NCBI RefSeq assembly: GCF_018350175.1
Contig: NC_058368.1
Span: 204,540,001 to 204,604,000, forward strand
DNA from: Felis catus
Lineage: Eukaryota
Length of the DNA: 64,000 nt
Direction of reading: 5' to 3'
Shown here: positions 11,218 through 22,914 of the stretch, piece after piece
Layout: each line of letters opens with the position of its first letter
Numbering within the stretch: the first letter of the stretch is position 1
Notes under the pieces: model-generated
Databases searched by the model: none
Told to the model about the DNA's origin: nothing
The model's input: the letters and a program-made list of their open reading frames with translations, nothing else
Translations under genes and position numbers: made by a program

Positions 11218-11440
11218 AAGCTTCTGACTCTTGATTTTGGCTCGGGTCCTGATATCACGGTTCATGAGATGGAGACCTATGGGCTGCATACAGACAGCAG
11301 GAGTCTGCTTGGAATTCTCTCCGTCTCTCTCTCTCTGCTCCTCCCTGCCTTCTCAAAATAATTGGGTCGGCTTTAGCTCAAGAGGTTACTTCGTGTGCGG
11401 TTGTCAAAATAAATAAATAAAGTTAAGAGAATAAAAATTT
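11218..11440 (+). mobile_element. CanSINE (5'-truncated) carrying an insertion in its tail
   Basis: tgactcttgattttggctcgggtcctgatatcacggttcatgaga, then (CT)n and aaataaataaa. Confidence 0.85.
11364..11403 (+). pseudogene. 3'-truncated (tailless) vault RNA retrocopy
   Basis: gggtcggctttagctcaagaggttacttcg matches the recalled conserved vault RNA 5' end (GGCTTTAGCTCA(A)GCGGTTACTTCG, box A). Flanked by tcaaaataa(t/a)t at 11353-11363 and 11404-11414. Confidence 0.8.
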
Positions 11441-11444
11441 TAAA

Positions 11445-12014
11445 TCAAATGTATTAAAGCCATAACTGCAACAATATGTTATTGGATATGCAATATAACA
11501 TATGCAAACTATAATATCAATAACCTAAATGTGAGGGAAAGTAAAACTGTAAAGTTAAAAATACTATCAAAATTAATTTGTTATCAGTTCAAAATAGGGT
11601 GTTACACGCACATAGTAGAATGCGATTTGGCCGTAAGGAAAGAATAAAATCTTACCATTTGCAACCAGATGGATGGCCCTAGAGGCCATTATGCTAAGTG
11701 AAATAAATTAGACAAATAAGGACAAATACCACATGGTATCCCTTGTATGTAGAACCTAAAATATGTATGTATTTTATATAGCAAATATATATTTTTAATA
11801 TTGAAATAAATATAACTGAAACTAAGCTCATACATACAGAGAACAGATGGATGGTTGCCAGAGGTGGGGGATTAGAGGTGGGAGAAATGGGTATTGTGTT
11901 TAGTTTAAATAAATTGAAAAATAATTTTAAAAAAATAGGGTGTTACACATTTAAACTGATAAGCACATGGTAACCACAAGGAGAAAATTTGTAGTGAATA
12001 TACTAAAGAATATG
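11445..12014 (+). mobile_element. Old L1 3' fragments (nested)
   Basis: aaaatcttaccatttgcaacc...atgctaagtgaaataa...gacaaataccacatggtatc is typical of an L1 3' end. Confidence 0.75.
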
Positions 12015-12412
12015 ATTACAATAGTATAATGTAGTCTTTAATCCATGTTGAGTTAATTTTTGTGAGTGGTATAAGGTAGAGGTCTAATTTCATTGTTCTG
12101 TACTTGTTTACCCGGTTTTCCCAACACCATTTGTAGAAGAGACTATCCTTTACCAATTGGGTGCTCCTGGCTCCCTTGGCTAATATTAGTTGACTGTACA
12201 TGTGGGGGGTTTAAATCTGAGCTCTTTGTTCTGTTCCATTGGTCTATGTGTCTGCATGTGTACTAGTACTATGCTATTTTTATTAATTTATTATTTTTTT
12301 TATTTTTATAGCTTCATACCACAGTTAGAATGAGGAAGTATGATGCTTCCAGCTTTGTTCTTTTTCCTCACAATCACTTGGATATTTGGTGTCTTTGTGG
12401 TTCATACACATT
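12015..12412 (-). mobile_element. L1 ORF2 fragment
   Basis: YSQLILAKGA...KDSLFYKWCWEN...MKLDLYLIPLTKINSTWIKD. Confidence 0.9.
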
Positions 12413-12416
12413 TAAA

Positions 12417-12725
12417 TGGAGACCAGGGTTGAAAAACCCCTGGAGCAGATAAAACCATTTAAGCCACATAAGCAAAACTCAATCTAGCCTATTTCATGAG
12501 CATAGCAAATCTTAAGTTATTTCTTTAAATGCCTTTGATAATCATAAATGAAATTTATCATCTTTCCAAAATAGTGTAATATAATCACTTGTACCCAATC
12601 GCCTGCCATCAGGAAACTCCCCTTGTAATATTCAATCACTGTAAAGATTAAACAAGTTTCTCCTTTTCACTTTATAAGCCACCCTGTAAGGTCATGCTTC
12701 TGAACTTCAGACTACTTCCAGGTCT
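12417..12725 (+). mobile_element. ERV LTR fragment related to the LTR at ~21725-22095
   Basis: aatcactgtaaagatt...ttttcactttataagccaccctgtaa aligns with the reverse complement of 21842-21892. Confidence 0.6.
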
Positions 12726-12808
12726 ATCCATGATCTCCAAAGTTCTAGGGGAAGGTATCAGATTATCCAAGGATCTCTCCTGGGATGCCTCCCCCTAGTG
12801 GCTATTCT

Positions 12809-13039
12809 TTTTTTTTTTTTTAATTTTTTTTTTTCAACGTTTTATTTATTTTTGGGACAGAGAGAGACAGAGCATGAACGGGGGAGGGGCAGAGAGAGAG
12901 GGAGACACAGAATCGGAAACAGGCTCCAGGCTCTGAGCCATCAGCCCAGAGCCCGAGGCGGGGCTCCAACTCATGGACCGCGAGATCGTGACCTGGCTGA
13001 AGTCGGACGCTCAACCGACTGCGCCACCCAGGCGCCCCC
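12809..13039 (-). mobile_element. Young SINEC_Fc-type SINE
   Basis: CpG-rich near-consensus body; TSD ctagtggctattct. Confidence 0.95.
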
Positions 13040-13314
13040 CTAGTGGCTATTCTGACGTAAGTCTACCCATTTCTGCCGAACAGGTAGCATTTTGTGGTTA
13101 GGTATTGTTCCTGAGTTTGTGTTCAGATATGACTGCAGAGTGGTTTTGTTTTTGTCTTAATCCTCCCATGGCAGTGAGTAGTTTTCTCTGATTTGGTGTC
13201 CTGTGAAACTTTATATTAAAGAGGAGAACACCAGTGCCTACCCGGAGTCCCAGGCCAGCTCCGGGCAACACTAAGGAATAGTACAGAGCACCACCTCACA
13301 CTTTGTAATTTAAA

Positions 13315-13470
13315 TTAAAAAAATGTTTATTTATTTTTTTGAGAGAGAGAGAGAAACAGAGCGGAAGCGGGGGAGGTGCAGAGAGAGAGGGAGACAGAAT
13401 CTGAAACAGGCTCCAAGCTCTGAGCTGTCCGCACAGATCCTGATGCGGGGCTCGAACTCACGAACCACGC
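13315..13470 (-). mobile_element. Truncated CanSINE
   Basis: gagagagggagacagaatctgaaacaggctcc...gcggggctcgaactcacgaacc. Confidence 0.9.
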
Positions 13471-14179
13471 CCGCTCTTTGATTTTGGAATTGCTTTTACC
13501 TCTCTCAGGTAGTATATTCTCAGCCATAGCTGTCAAATGGTAAGCCTATGTACAAATATGAGGAAGAATTCATTTTGAACTGAAATAGCAAAAATATCAC
13601 CCTGTGGTCAGACTGTGGAATAAAGTAACACCTTTTCACTCTGCCTTGAACATTGAGGGCTTTAACTCTAAGAAAGGGCTGCAGCATATCAAGTGGGGGT
13701 GCTTCTTGCAGGTCAGGACCTCTCTACCACCTGCATTCTACTGGATCTGCTCAGATGTTCAGGCTCACTTTTTGAGGTAAGGTGGGGCAGCAACTTTTGT
13801 TAGTGGCCCTAAACCTGCTCCTCCAGAGGGAACGTTCAAAAAGTCAGGCAAGAGTCAGATGTCAAAGGTCTCAACGCCTAGGGAAGCCAGGCCCTCAGGT
13901 TATCAGGGGACCCTTGCTTCCTCCTTACACTCTCACTGCCACCCTCAGCCATCAGGGTGGTACTACAAGTCAAGCAGAAAAATAAACAAACAAAAAACAG
14001 GCACCTAATGCCTTCCCGCCCCTTTGATATTTCTCTGTAATTATACTAAGAAAGACAGGCAGCATTTTGCAAAGAAACATGAAGGCAAACTTTTTTTTTT
14101 TTTTGGAAACGAAGAGATGTTACTGTAAATAATATTCATTTTGGAGAGAAAAATGCAATAGAAGCTGTGAGCAGAAATC

Positions 14180-14975
14180 TCAAGGCTCCTGGACCTGGAC
14201 CCCCGTGGACAATGCTGCGGTGAGAGCAGAGCTCTCACTGCTCTCCAGGTGGGAGGAGAAAGCCCCCTGCAGCATCCGGGGTCTGCCAAAGGTCCAATCT
14301 GCCAGGGTATCGCTGGGCACTGGTCTGCACATTTTGCCCAAGGGCCAGGCTGAGGAAAGCAGTGTGTGGGGGCGATCTGTCCCTCAGCTCTGAGACCCAC
14401 AAAAAACGTGAAGGCATCATAACGGTACTGGAACCGAGGAAGCCCAGCTACACTGGGCTAGTAAGAGCCTTAGGGCAAAGTGTAGATTCCACCTCCCAGC
14501 GTGTGGCTGGCAAGACCCAGTGGGCTTGGAGGAAAGGTACTGTTGTGACCAAGAAGCCAGTCCCAGGAATGAGCAGTGCTCACACCCAGAACACTGGGCA
14601 AGGCAGCATGATGGTGCTGCTCCAGAGAAAAGGCCAACTCGGTGCCAAGAGGCCCAGTGACAGGAAAAATGGTGACCCCGCGCCACTAGGGAAAGTGCTA
14701 AAAAACACTGGCACTGTGCAGACGCAGGGCTGCCGTTAGGAACCAGCTGACGCAACCAGAAGGTGCCCTGGGACAGAGATGCCACCGAAGGAAGCACCAA
14801 CCATCCCAGAGAGCTTGAAAACCAGGGCTCTGGCTTGAGGGAGGAAGCCTCCTGAGCTGCTGGCGAAAGTACTGCAGGAAACTCGGGCCTGTAGGGGAGG
14901 AGCACAGGGACTCTCCGGGTCTTTCTCGAGGGGGAAGGAGACCCAGCAGGGTGCTCCAGCTGCGCAGCCAACCCG
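14180..14975 (-). pseudogene. Degenerate ANXA2R-like C-terminal modules (2-3 in tandem)
   Basis: Minus-strand peptides RQQLRRLP...RWHLCPRAPSGCVSWF and SLEQHHHAALP...DWLLGH resemble the ANXA2R C-terminus. Ends in aggagccttgagatt, versus aggagccctgagatt at the stop of the 9608 copy. Confidence 0.45.
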
Positions 14976-15119
14976 GGTTAGAGCGCAGAGGGGTGAAAAC
15001 TGAAATGCTCAGGCCCATCAAAAAGTGAAATAAGAAGAGGTAAAATAATAAATGAAACAAACATGTATTCACACAAGAAACTGCTATCCCCAGGATATCT
15101 GACAGAGTCCCTGGGGTTA

Positions 15120-15625
15120 ACAAACATCAACAAACCCAAGTCCCAGTTGCACAAAACTGGCCTGGAGGAGGAGTTTCCCCGGTGAACACGGACTTCTAGG
15201 AAGACAGGAAACACAAACGTTGAGTCCTATGTTTTTTTAGACCTGGCGAGGAGGAAGATACTGTTTTCACCAGCAAACAATGACTTCCCCGGGTTAGCGA
15301 GCAAACAAAGTTGAGTCCTGTTTTTCAAGAATTTGCTAGGATGGGGCGCCTGGGTGGCTCAGTCGGTTAAGCGTCCGTCCGACTTCAGCTCAGGTCACGA
15401 TCTCACGGTCTGTGAGTTCGAGCCCCGCGTCGGGCTCTGGGCTGATGGCTCAGAGCCTGGAGCCTGCTTCCGATTCTGTGTCTCCCTCTCTCTCTGCCCC
15501 TGCCCCATTCATACTCTGTCTCTCTCTGTCTCAAAAATAAATAAACGTTAAAAAAAAAAAAGAATTTTCTAGGATGAAGAAATTGTTTACAATAGTATAT
15601 ATTAACCTGAAAAAAAGGAAGTGAA
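15120..15625 (-). repeat. ~90-bp repeat family units, SINE-interrupted, downstream of the right-arm ANXA2R copy
   Basis: Reverse complement contains ttcctagaagtccgtgttcaccgggg, ggaagtcattgtttgctggtgaaaacagtatcttcc and atttcttcatcctag. Confidence 0.7.
15343..15560 (+). mobile_element. Young SINEC_Fc-type SINE
   Basis: Near-consensus body; TSD aagaattt(g/t)ctaggatg. Confidence 0.95.
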
Positions 15626-15644
15626 GAAACAGAGTTGCTTCTGT

Positions 15645-15984
15645 TTCTGGCATTCCTCATCAGGGTCCATCTCTCCTGCAGATGCCTCTGGGTTCTTCTG
15701 TGTCCCTGGCCAAAGGCCCACAGTGGCTCTTGGCTCCAGGGTGCTCTGGGCTCTGGGCAAGACTTCGTTTTCCGGGTAGACCCAGTGAAGCCGCCAACAA
15801 GCACTGGAAAGCAGTTCTGAAACCAAACTACCACCATGGCCTGAGGACTCACCCAGCACAGGATAGAAAGGGAGTGGGCAAAGCCCAGAATCTTCTGCAT
15901 ACAGCAAAGATGGGGCTTGGGACTCTGCCATCACTGCTGTTAAATCCTAACCCCTTTCACACATCCAGAAAAACGACGCTCTAT
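15645..15984 (-). pseudogene. ANXA2R: ANXA2R pseudogene, 3'-truncated (right arm)
   Basis: Start codon reads ATA (ATAGAGCGTCGTTTTTCTGGATGTGTGAAA = I E R R F S G C V K). A 1-nt deletion follows, then EDSGLCPLPFYPVLGE...LLSSACWRLHWVY...AQSTLEP...WPGTQKNPEASAGEMDPDEE. C-terminal third is absent. Confidence 0.88.
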
Positions 15985-17091
15985 CGCATGGGTCTCTGAC
16001 CTGGATGATTGAAGATTTGCACAGATGAAGCTGGCAACGCCCTCAGCTGTATGGCAGCCTGGGTACTTATGCTGTCTCCGGGTGTGGGCGGAGGCAAGGC
16101 AGAAGTCTGGAGAAAGTCACGCGACTGAGTGGTAACAAATCAGTGGAGACTACAGGAAAAAGGAGAACCTGGCAGAGAACGCATAAACCAAAGCAACAGG
16201 CCCATTACTAAAACCAACCAACAGGAGCAAAGCAAACACACAGGCAGAAAACAAACCGAAAGGAGGAAAACAAACCGAAATGAAACCGAAACAAAAGCAA
16301 ACCATACAGAAACTAACCCAACAAATAAAACATTCACTATTATGGGCAAGAAGAGGATGCCTTTGGAGCGCAATTTCTACACCAGCTGGCCTCACATGTC
16401 CATGCCCAACAAAGGTCAGGCCAGCCCAGGGAAACCAGCTGTGCTGGGGTTGAGAAGGAGATGGCACAGAGAACCCTGGGGTCCTGAGTGGGAGAAACTA
16501 TGTACTAGGAACGGTGCCCAGACCAAGAACTGTCCTTGGCGCTCCAGGCCATAAAGCAGGCAGTGTGTGCCTCCCGTCTGGCAGAAGGACTGGTGCAGCC
16601 TGCAGGAAACAGGGAGGCCCAGCATCTGCGGGGCTGAGACTGAGCTTGCTCTCAGTAGGTGAAGGCAAGTCAGAGAGCATGCAGCTGAGTGGTGAAACAC
16701 GCAAGGAAATAAGTAGGATACATAACAAAGTTAAATTCAGGAAATAACAAATAAAACGATCATAAACTGCCTAAATCTAAATAGAAATCAAAACACATGG
16801 ATCCTGACCCTTGTGAACACAAAAGGAAACCAAAACACATCGATTTCCAAGGAAAATACACTGCAGGAGAATAGAAGACTAAGGGAGCAACTGCATTCAT
16901 AGAACCCCTCCCCCTGAGAGAAAGAAAGAAATTGCAAACATGCTAAATGCTGCTTTCCCAGAGGTTCCCATCAGCGTAATCGTGTGTTCCATAAACACAA
17001 ACCCAGAGGAAGCAGGAGTAAGAAATAGCTGCCACTGCTAAGCAAATATTTATTGACTCTAAAAAAAAATCTCATTAGCCAGTCTGCAGGG

Positions 17092-18060
17092 ACTCCACGG
17101 GATTTAAAGAGAAAGGGCCGACTTCAGTTGCAAATACAGCATTGTTGCGATCAAGAAATTGAGTTCTACAGTGTCCTTAAACAAAAACATAGCTAAATCA
17201 GAATTTCCTTGAACTCTCTGCAAACAAGAAATCTTTTCAGCTGGTGGACACTGACCTCTAGGGGACTTAATGATAAAAACCAATTAAGTTTGAACTTCCT
17301 ATTGCAAAAACATACTTTGGAAGGACTAGGAAATTGACAAAATGAACAGCTAAGGCAGACTGTCTCTTGCACAACCAAACCTGCCTACAGTGAAGAAATC
17401 ATTTTCAGCAGTATATACTGATTTTCACAGGATTTCCTATTAACAAATGATTGGCAGACCTTGTGTTTCCAACCCCTAACTTCCAATTTTAAGAAACTGC
17501 TTTTGTCTCTATACGCACCGACTTTCACAGCATAATAAACAGGAACACAGCTAAATCTTGATTTACAGAAGTTGCTAGGATGAAGAAATTATTTTCCTCA
17601 ATTTATATCAACACTGAGAGGACTTAGTAAATGGGGGGAGGGTACTTCCGGTGTGGAATCTAGCATTGCTGTGATTAAAAAATCACTTTGCCAGTACATA
17701 TCGGCTTCTAAGGGTTTAATGATGCAAACATAGTTAAAGTAGAACACCCCAGAACTGACTCCAAGTCAGAAATCTCTTTAGCAAATATACACCCACTTCT
17801 AGGAGACTAATAATCAAAAACAGTTAAGTCTGAATTTCCTAAAACTTCCACAAATGAGAAATTTTTGTATTCTGTTGATATTGACTTCTCCCAGATTTAG
17901 TAATAAAAAGCATAGCTAAGGTGGACTTCCTATTGCAAACAAAACAAAACAAAAAAACAACTAATGTTATAAGCACAAAGAAGAAATTGGTTTTTCCAAT
18001 CTATTCCTACTTCTGTGGGACCTAATAACAAACATAAGTATGACAGGTCATGGCATTTCC
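17092..18060 (-). repeat. Degenerate ~90-bp tandem array (mirror of 6985-7930)
   Basis: Same motifs on the minus strand. Confidence 0.7.
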
Positions 18061-18095
18061 AAACCACAACTTGCTACTATTAAGAAATGGCAGGC

Positions 18096-18326
18096 TGGGG
18101 TGCCTGGGTGGCTCAGTCAGTTAAGGTCTGACTTTGGCTCAGGTCATGATCTTGCAGTTTGTGAGTTTGAGCCCCTCGTCAGGATCTGTGCTGACAGCTC
18201 AGAGCCTGGAGCCTGCTTCAGATTCTGTGTCTCCCTCTCTATCTGCCCCTCCCCCATTCATGCTCTCTCCCACGTGCTCTCTCTCTCTCAAAAATAAACG
18301 TTAAATAAATTATTAAAGAAAGAAAA
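18096..18326 (+). mobile_element. CanSINE present only in the right arm
   Basis: TSD aagaaatggcaggc at 18082-18095 and 18327-18340; empty site at ~6941-6960 in the left arm. Confidence 0.95.
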
Positions 18327-18479
18327 AAGAAATGGCAGGCCTGATGAACAGGTACAGATCCCTTGCAAATCTGGACACATTCGGTCTGACATTGAGCTCA
18401 CCTGATCTCAGATATACCAGAGACATGGGTTTATTCAGACTTATTACAACTGGAAATCTTAGGCTGAACTGAAGCGCCC

Positions 18480-19710
18480 ACCTCATGCTACGCTGGTAAG
18501 TCGCTAAACCGGGATCCGGTCAGACATAGAAATCTGCAAGGCAGGATTAAAATACTCATTTGCCAGAATCAACATGGACTTTCCTTTGACTAAGAAGTTC
18601 CAGGCCTGGCTAAACCCTTGCTTCGCCTAAAGCGGGATCTGCTCCGCGGAGAAATCTCGTTGGCCGCTGTTCTCGGACTCGGCCAAGACTGGAAATCGCA
18701 GGCGCGACTACACGGGACCTGCTACAACAAGGAAATCCCACGCACCGCTAATTCCAGGTGTGCTAGAAGGAAGAAATGCATGATGACGGTGAAACCTGGA
18801 GGGTTGGAGACCGAGACCCGACCAGCACAGGCAGTGATTGTTCCAGTGTCCGGATGGAGGCGTTCTGACGTCGCTGTCCTCTCTGCGAAAGAGCGAGCGC
18901 GGGCGCATCTCCACTAGCAAAGGGCCAAAGAGCAGCGGCGGTCTGGACGCTAGCCGCCGAGCAGCCACCAAGACACAGAATGAATGCTCCGGGGAACTAG
19001 GGAAACTGCACCTGTCAAATGGCCAGATCGGGACAATTAGAGAAATGCAAACTGGGGGAGACGAGCGGTGCTGCCTACGACAAACACCCGCACCGCGAAG
19101 TCACGTAATAGGGGCCGTCACTGAGAAACAGTGCCCGCCGGGTCGTGGGCGGTGCTGCCACAGAGCCTGTGCACAATCCGGGCTGTGACAGACAAACCGC
19201 CGGCTCCGAGCTACTGGCCAAAGTGGCAAGGGGACGGCCGGGAAGGGCGACCACCGGAAGGCCGGCACAGGCCTTCCTGGGCAGAGGAAGGGACGGCACC
19301 CAACGACCCTGAACTTTGGGCGGAGTTCAAGTGGTGGCGCGAAATCCCCGAGTTATCTGGTGGGCGCTGCTCGCGAAAGTGGTGACGAGAAACGGGCTGC
19401 TGGGTACCGGCGCGGAGCTGCCCCCCCCCCCCCCCGAGGAACACCTGGCTGGGCTCATGCACAGGTGCTGCCCCTTGACCCCCCCCCCCCACCCCGATTT
19501 CCCGGCTGCCAGTGGGGCCGGGAACGGAACACCCCGCAAAGCGAAAGGATGGGCGACACCGGCGAAACACACCCAGCTCCGCGCCAAGCAGAGCCACCTC
19601 CACCGGGAAAGCGCCAGCCCGGCTCTGCCAGAAACTGTGACCGCACATCATGGGCCATGCACCTAGTGGAGGGGAGGCTGACACCTGCCAACGCCGGGCG
19701 CCCGACGATG
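18480..19710. promoter_or_regulatory. CpG island / probable promoter (right arm)
   Basis: Near-identical inverted copy of 5590-6800. Confidence 0.7.
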
Positions 19711-20039
19711 CTGGAAGGAGCAAGAGCCAGCAGAGAGCACTGATTGGTGAATGCAGGGGCCGGAGAGCTGGTCTCAGGGAAGGGAGCTGTGCCTCCCCCA
19801 TTCCACCGCTAGGCTCTGAGCTCCCACGGGAAGCGAAAAGTAATCCAGGGCTAAAATTTACTGAAGAGTATCTCAATCATGTATACCTGAACAGGTATGT
19901 TTTTGTATACAAAAACGTCAAGGTTTGTTCCATATTTCTTAGACTTTAAGACATAATTCATACAAGCACATATTTTTCTTTATGCTAGTTAATCACAGGT
20001 CTTTGTTTGTTTGTTTGTTTGTTAAACATCACACTTATC

Positions 20040-20213
20040 CTGCCTGGGTGGCTCAGAGCATTGAGTGCCTGACTCTAGGTTTTGGCTCATGTCTTGGTCC
20101 CAGGGTGTGGGGATCAAGCCTTCGTGGGGCTCCGGGCTGGGCGGGGAGCCTGCTTAAGATCCTCTCTCTTACCCCCTCTGCCCTCCTCCTCCTTCTCTCT
20201 CTCTCTCTCAAAG
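20040..20213 (+). mobile_element. Older CanSINE
   Basis: tgcctgggtggctcagagcattgagtgcctgactc...gagcctgcttaagat and (CT)n. Confidence 0.85.
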
Positions 20214-20789
20214 AATATCACATATACATATTGTCAACTGAAAGAAAGCCAATATCAATCTTGGCTAGCAAATGCTTTATTCATTGTCTCACTGAGGATT
20301 ATAGCCCAGGAAGCAGATATTCAGATTGCTCTGAAGAACTGTTCCGAAGCTTGTTAGCTACAATACATTTGATGTACAAAGTGGATAAAGGGGTTAGTAC
20401 TTCCAAGCAGTTTTCCAAATATTTGCACATCACAAAGTATAATTTGTTCGGTTGTAAAAATTAAAGTTTACTGATTTCCACATAGACACGTGAAAGACCC
20501 GTAGATCATTTTAATACATTATGTGTCTTTCATCTGTGATTTTTGAAAAAGATTGATTGCATACCTCCACTTAACTGTCTTTCCAGTTTTTTCTGTTTTT
20601 GTTTTTTCTTTTTCTTCCCCCTGCCTATGCCACCCTGCCCCAGTTCTTCCTGTTTCTGAGATCTCCTTGAGGTTGCTTGAAATGGCCCACTGAGGGCTAA
20701 CATCAGTTCTCTACTGCAGTTTAGTGCCTGATAATATATATCCCTGCATAGTTTTACATAACTATACAGATATACATAAACACACAATT

Positions 20790-22095
20790 GCAAAAATTAT
20801 AGCAATCATTTAAAAATCTTAGCCATGTGTCAGGTACAATAACTCAAAGCTCAAAAGAATAGTTGGGTCTAAACTGGTTTTGGCAGGTGGTATAAGTTAA
20901 GGTTACCTGCTTGGATGGGTACAGCTTTTCAGTAAAGCCTTTAATTTACTACTATAAGATTTTTGTTTTTGTTTTTTAAATTTATTTTGGAGAGCACGCA
21001 AGCAGGTGGGGGCAGACAGAGGGGGAGAGGATCAGAAGCCTGCTCTGCACTGCACTGAGAGCAGCGAGCCCAATGTGGGGTTTGAACTCAGGAACCCTGA
21101 GATCATAACCTGAACAGAAGTCCAACCTACTCAGCCACCCAGGTGCCCTTAGCATAAGAATTTTTTTAGAGAACCTATTTTTGGAGTCATTTTGCTTTTT
21201 TAGAAACTTCTACATCCTAATAAAAGAATGCATTCCATTGTCTTAGAGAGGTTTGGGATTCTCTTTTTTTAAGGGCATCCTCCCTGAAATAGGCTTTCTT
21301 ATGTAAGTTAAAGCTTCCCTAAAGTGGCCACTGCAAACTGTTTACCAGTTTTCCAAAAAGGAACAAGATCCAGCTCCCAGTTTGGGACCAGGTGGAACCC
21401 ATCTCTGCCTTTAGATTCCCTGAAGACAAAAAATCTGCCCGGAACTCACTAATTTACCACTGCCCCCAAACCCGAGAAGCATGGGTATTCTGGCCTTACA
21501 GACGAGAGTGTGACTTACCAAAAAGCTTTAACGAAGTTGCTCAATTAATTGGAAAGGTCAACATAAAGGGAGTGGAGCTTGGATTTGGGAGACAGTACCT
21601 GGAACTCCATGATCAGCAAGAAAGCAGTGACCGCAGGGGACTCCGTGGGTGCAGCACTCGTTACTCACTGGACTCAGGGTTCTTCAGGGGTCTTTTTCAA
21701 GTCCCACTTCTGATGCTAGTCACTGTACAAAAAAATTATACCATAAAATCAGTATAAGTACTTCTGTGAGTGAGAAGCAAACTGTTCACAAAGAGGGAAA
21801 ACTGAAATGCAAAAGTGATCTGAACTTCGGGGCCTTAATGTTATAGGGTGGCTTATAAAATGAAAGAGAGGAATCTGATCTTTACAATGATTGGTTATCA
21901 CAATTGTGGTTTCCAGATGGCTGGCAATTGGTTAAGTGATTTTTATACATCTTGGGAAGGTATGCATCATCTATGAAAACCAGAGGCATTTACAAGAAAT
22001 AACCTACCTTTCGCTTATGTTCATGATATCAGTTGACTTACATTGTTTATGTGACTAACCTTATGTCTGCTTGGAAGATTTTTGAGACTAGTCTC
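20790..22095 (-). mobile_element. ERV1-class element: LTR (~21725-22095), PBS and 5' internal sequence; contains a SINE at ~20962-21149
   Basis: Minus-strand tagcatcagaagtgggact at ~21701-21719 resembles the tRNA-Leu PBS TGGTGTCAGAAGTGGGAT next to an LTR-like segment. Confidence 0.6.
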
Positions 22096-22139
22096 TATTT
22101 TATTATATTTTAGCACCTAAAAGGAAACAGGAGTCCTGA

Positions 22140-22715
22140 CATCCAAGAGTTGGATGGTGCTATGTACTGTGACTTACTATTTCCATGAGCTAGCCTGGCA
22201 CTCACAGGTAGGCATTGATGTTCTTCAGTTGAATATAAACAGTTTCATACAACAACACCATCACATATGGCCACCCAGTGCCAATATATGGATCAGGACA
22301 AAAAACAAGACCACCCTATAATCGTACCTGATCAGAGCCAAAATCATGAACTTTTTCCTAACCACAAAAATAAGCAAACACACCTGTCCTCGACGATATT
22401 AGTGGATTGCTGCATCTTTACCAATTTTAGCTGTCCTCTCTGTCCGGACTTCTATCCTTCCAGAGAGATTTATTAAGATAGTGAATCATAGAATTACCCC
22501 TGTCTGCTCACAGTATGTAATGCAGAGCAAAAGCTGCTTGCTGAGATCCTCCATAGGGTCAGCAAACAAGCCCACTCACATCCTGTAAGTCTCACCCTTC
22601 CTCTTGAGATGCCTCATGGTTCCTCCCAGGCATAAGTTGATCTTGTACGAAGAGTAATAAACTTACTCAACTGCAAGTGTATTCCTGGTGTTCTTTGCTC
22701 AGAGCACATTGACAC
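22140..22715 (+). mobile_element. Solo LTR-like element
   Basis: LTR-like composition, AATAAA at ~22656, terminal ...attgaca. Confidence 0.45.
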
Positions 22716-22914
22716 ACCTAAGAAATGAAAGAAATCAATAGATACTAAGGACATTAGTGGTTCTTTAAGTACTGTGATCTTTCCGATTGGCCTTTATTTC
22801 AAATGAATGCCTGTAAGAAAGGTAAGGCACAAAGCTGAAGTGGAAGAGTTGCTAGGAATTTATTTTCATCTTTTCCCTTAGATTTAAGAGTAAGACGCAT
22901 TTCACAGGCTGCAT

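Larger units (their letters stand above)
15650..19802 (-). repeat. Right arm of the large inverted repeat
   Basis: Reverse complement of 5500-9375 plus one arm-specific SINE. Confidence 0.97.

Noticed and set aside
12798..13043. Recurrent ORFs such as ...RGRERGRHRIG... and ...GACFRFCVSLSLCP... across the window
   Set aside because: Translations of CanSINE bodies; their tRNA-like heads are not tRNA genes.
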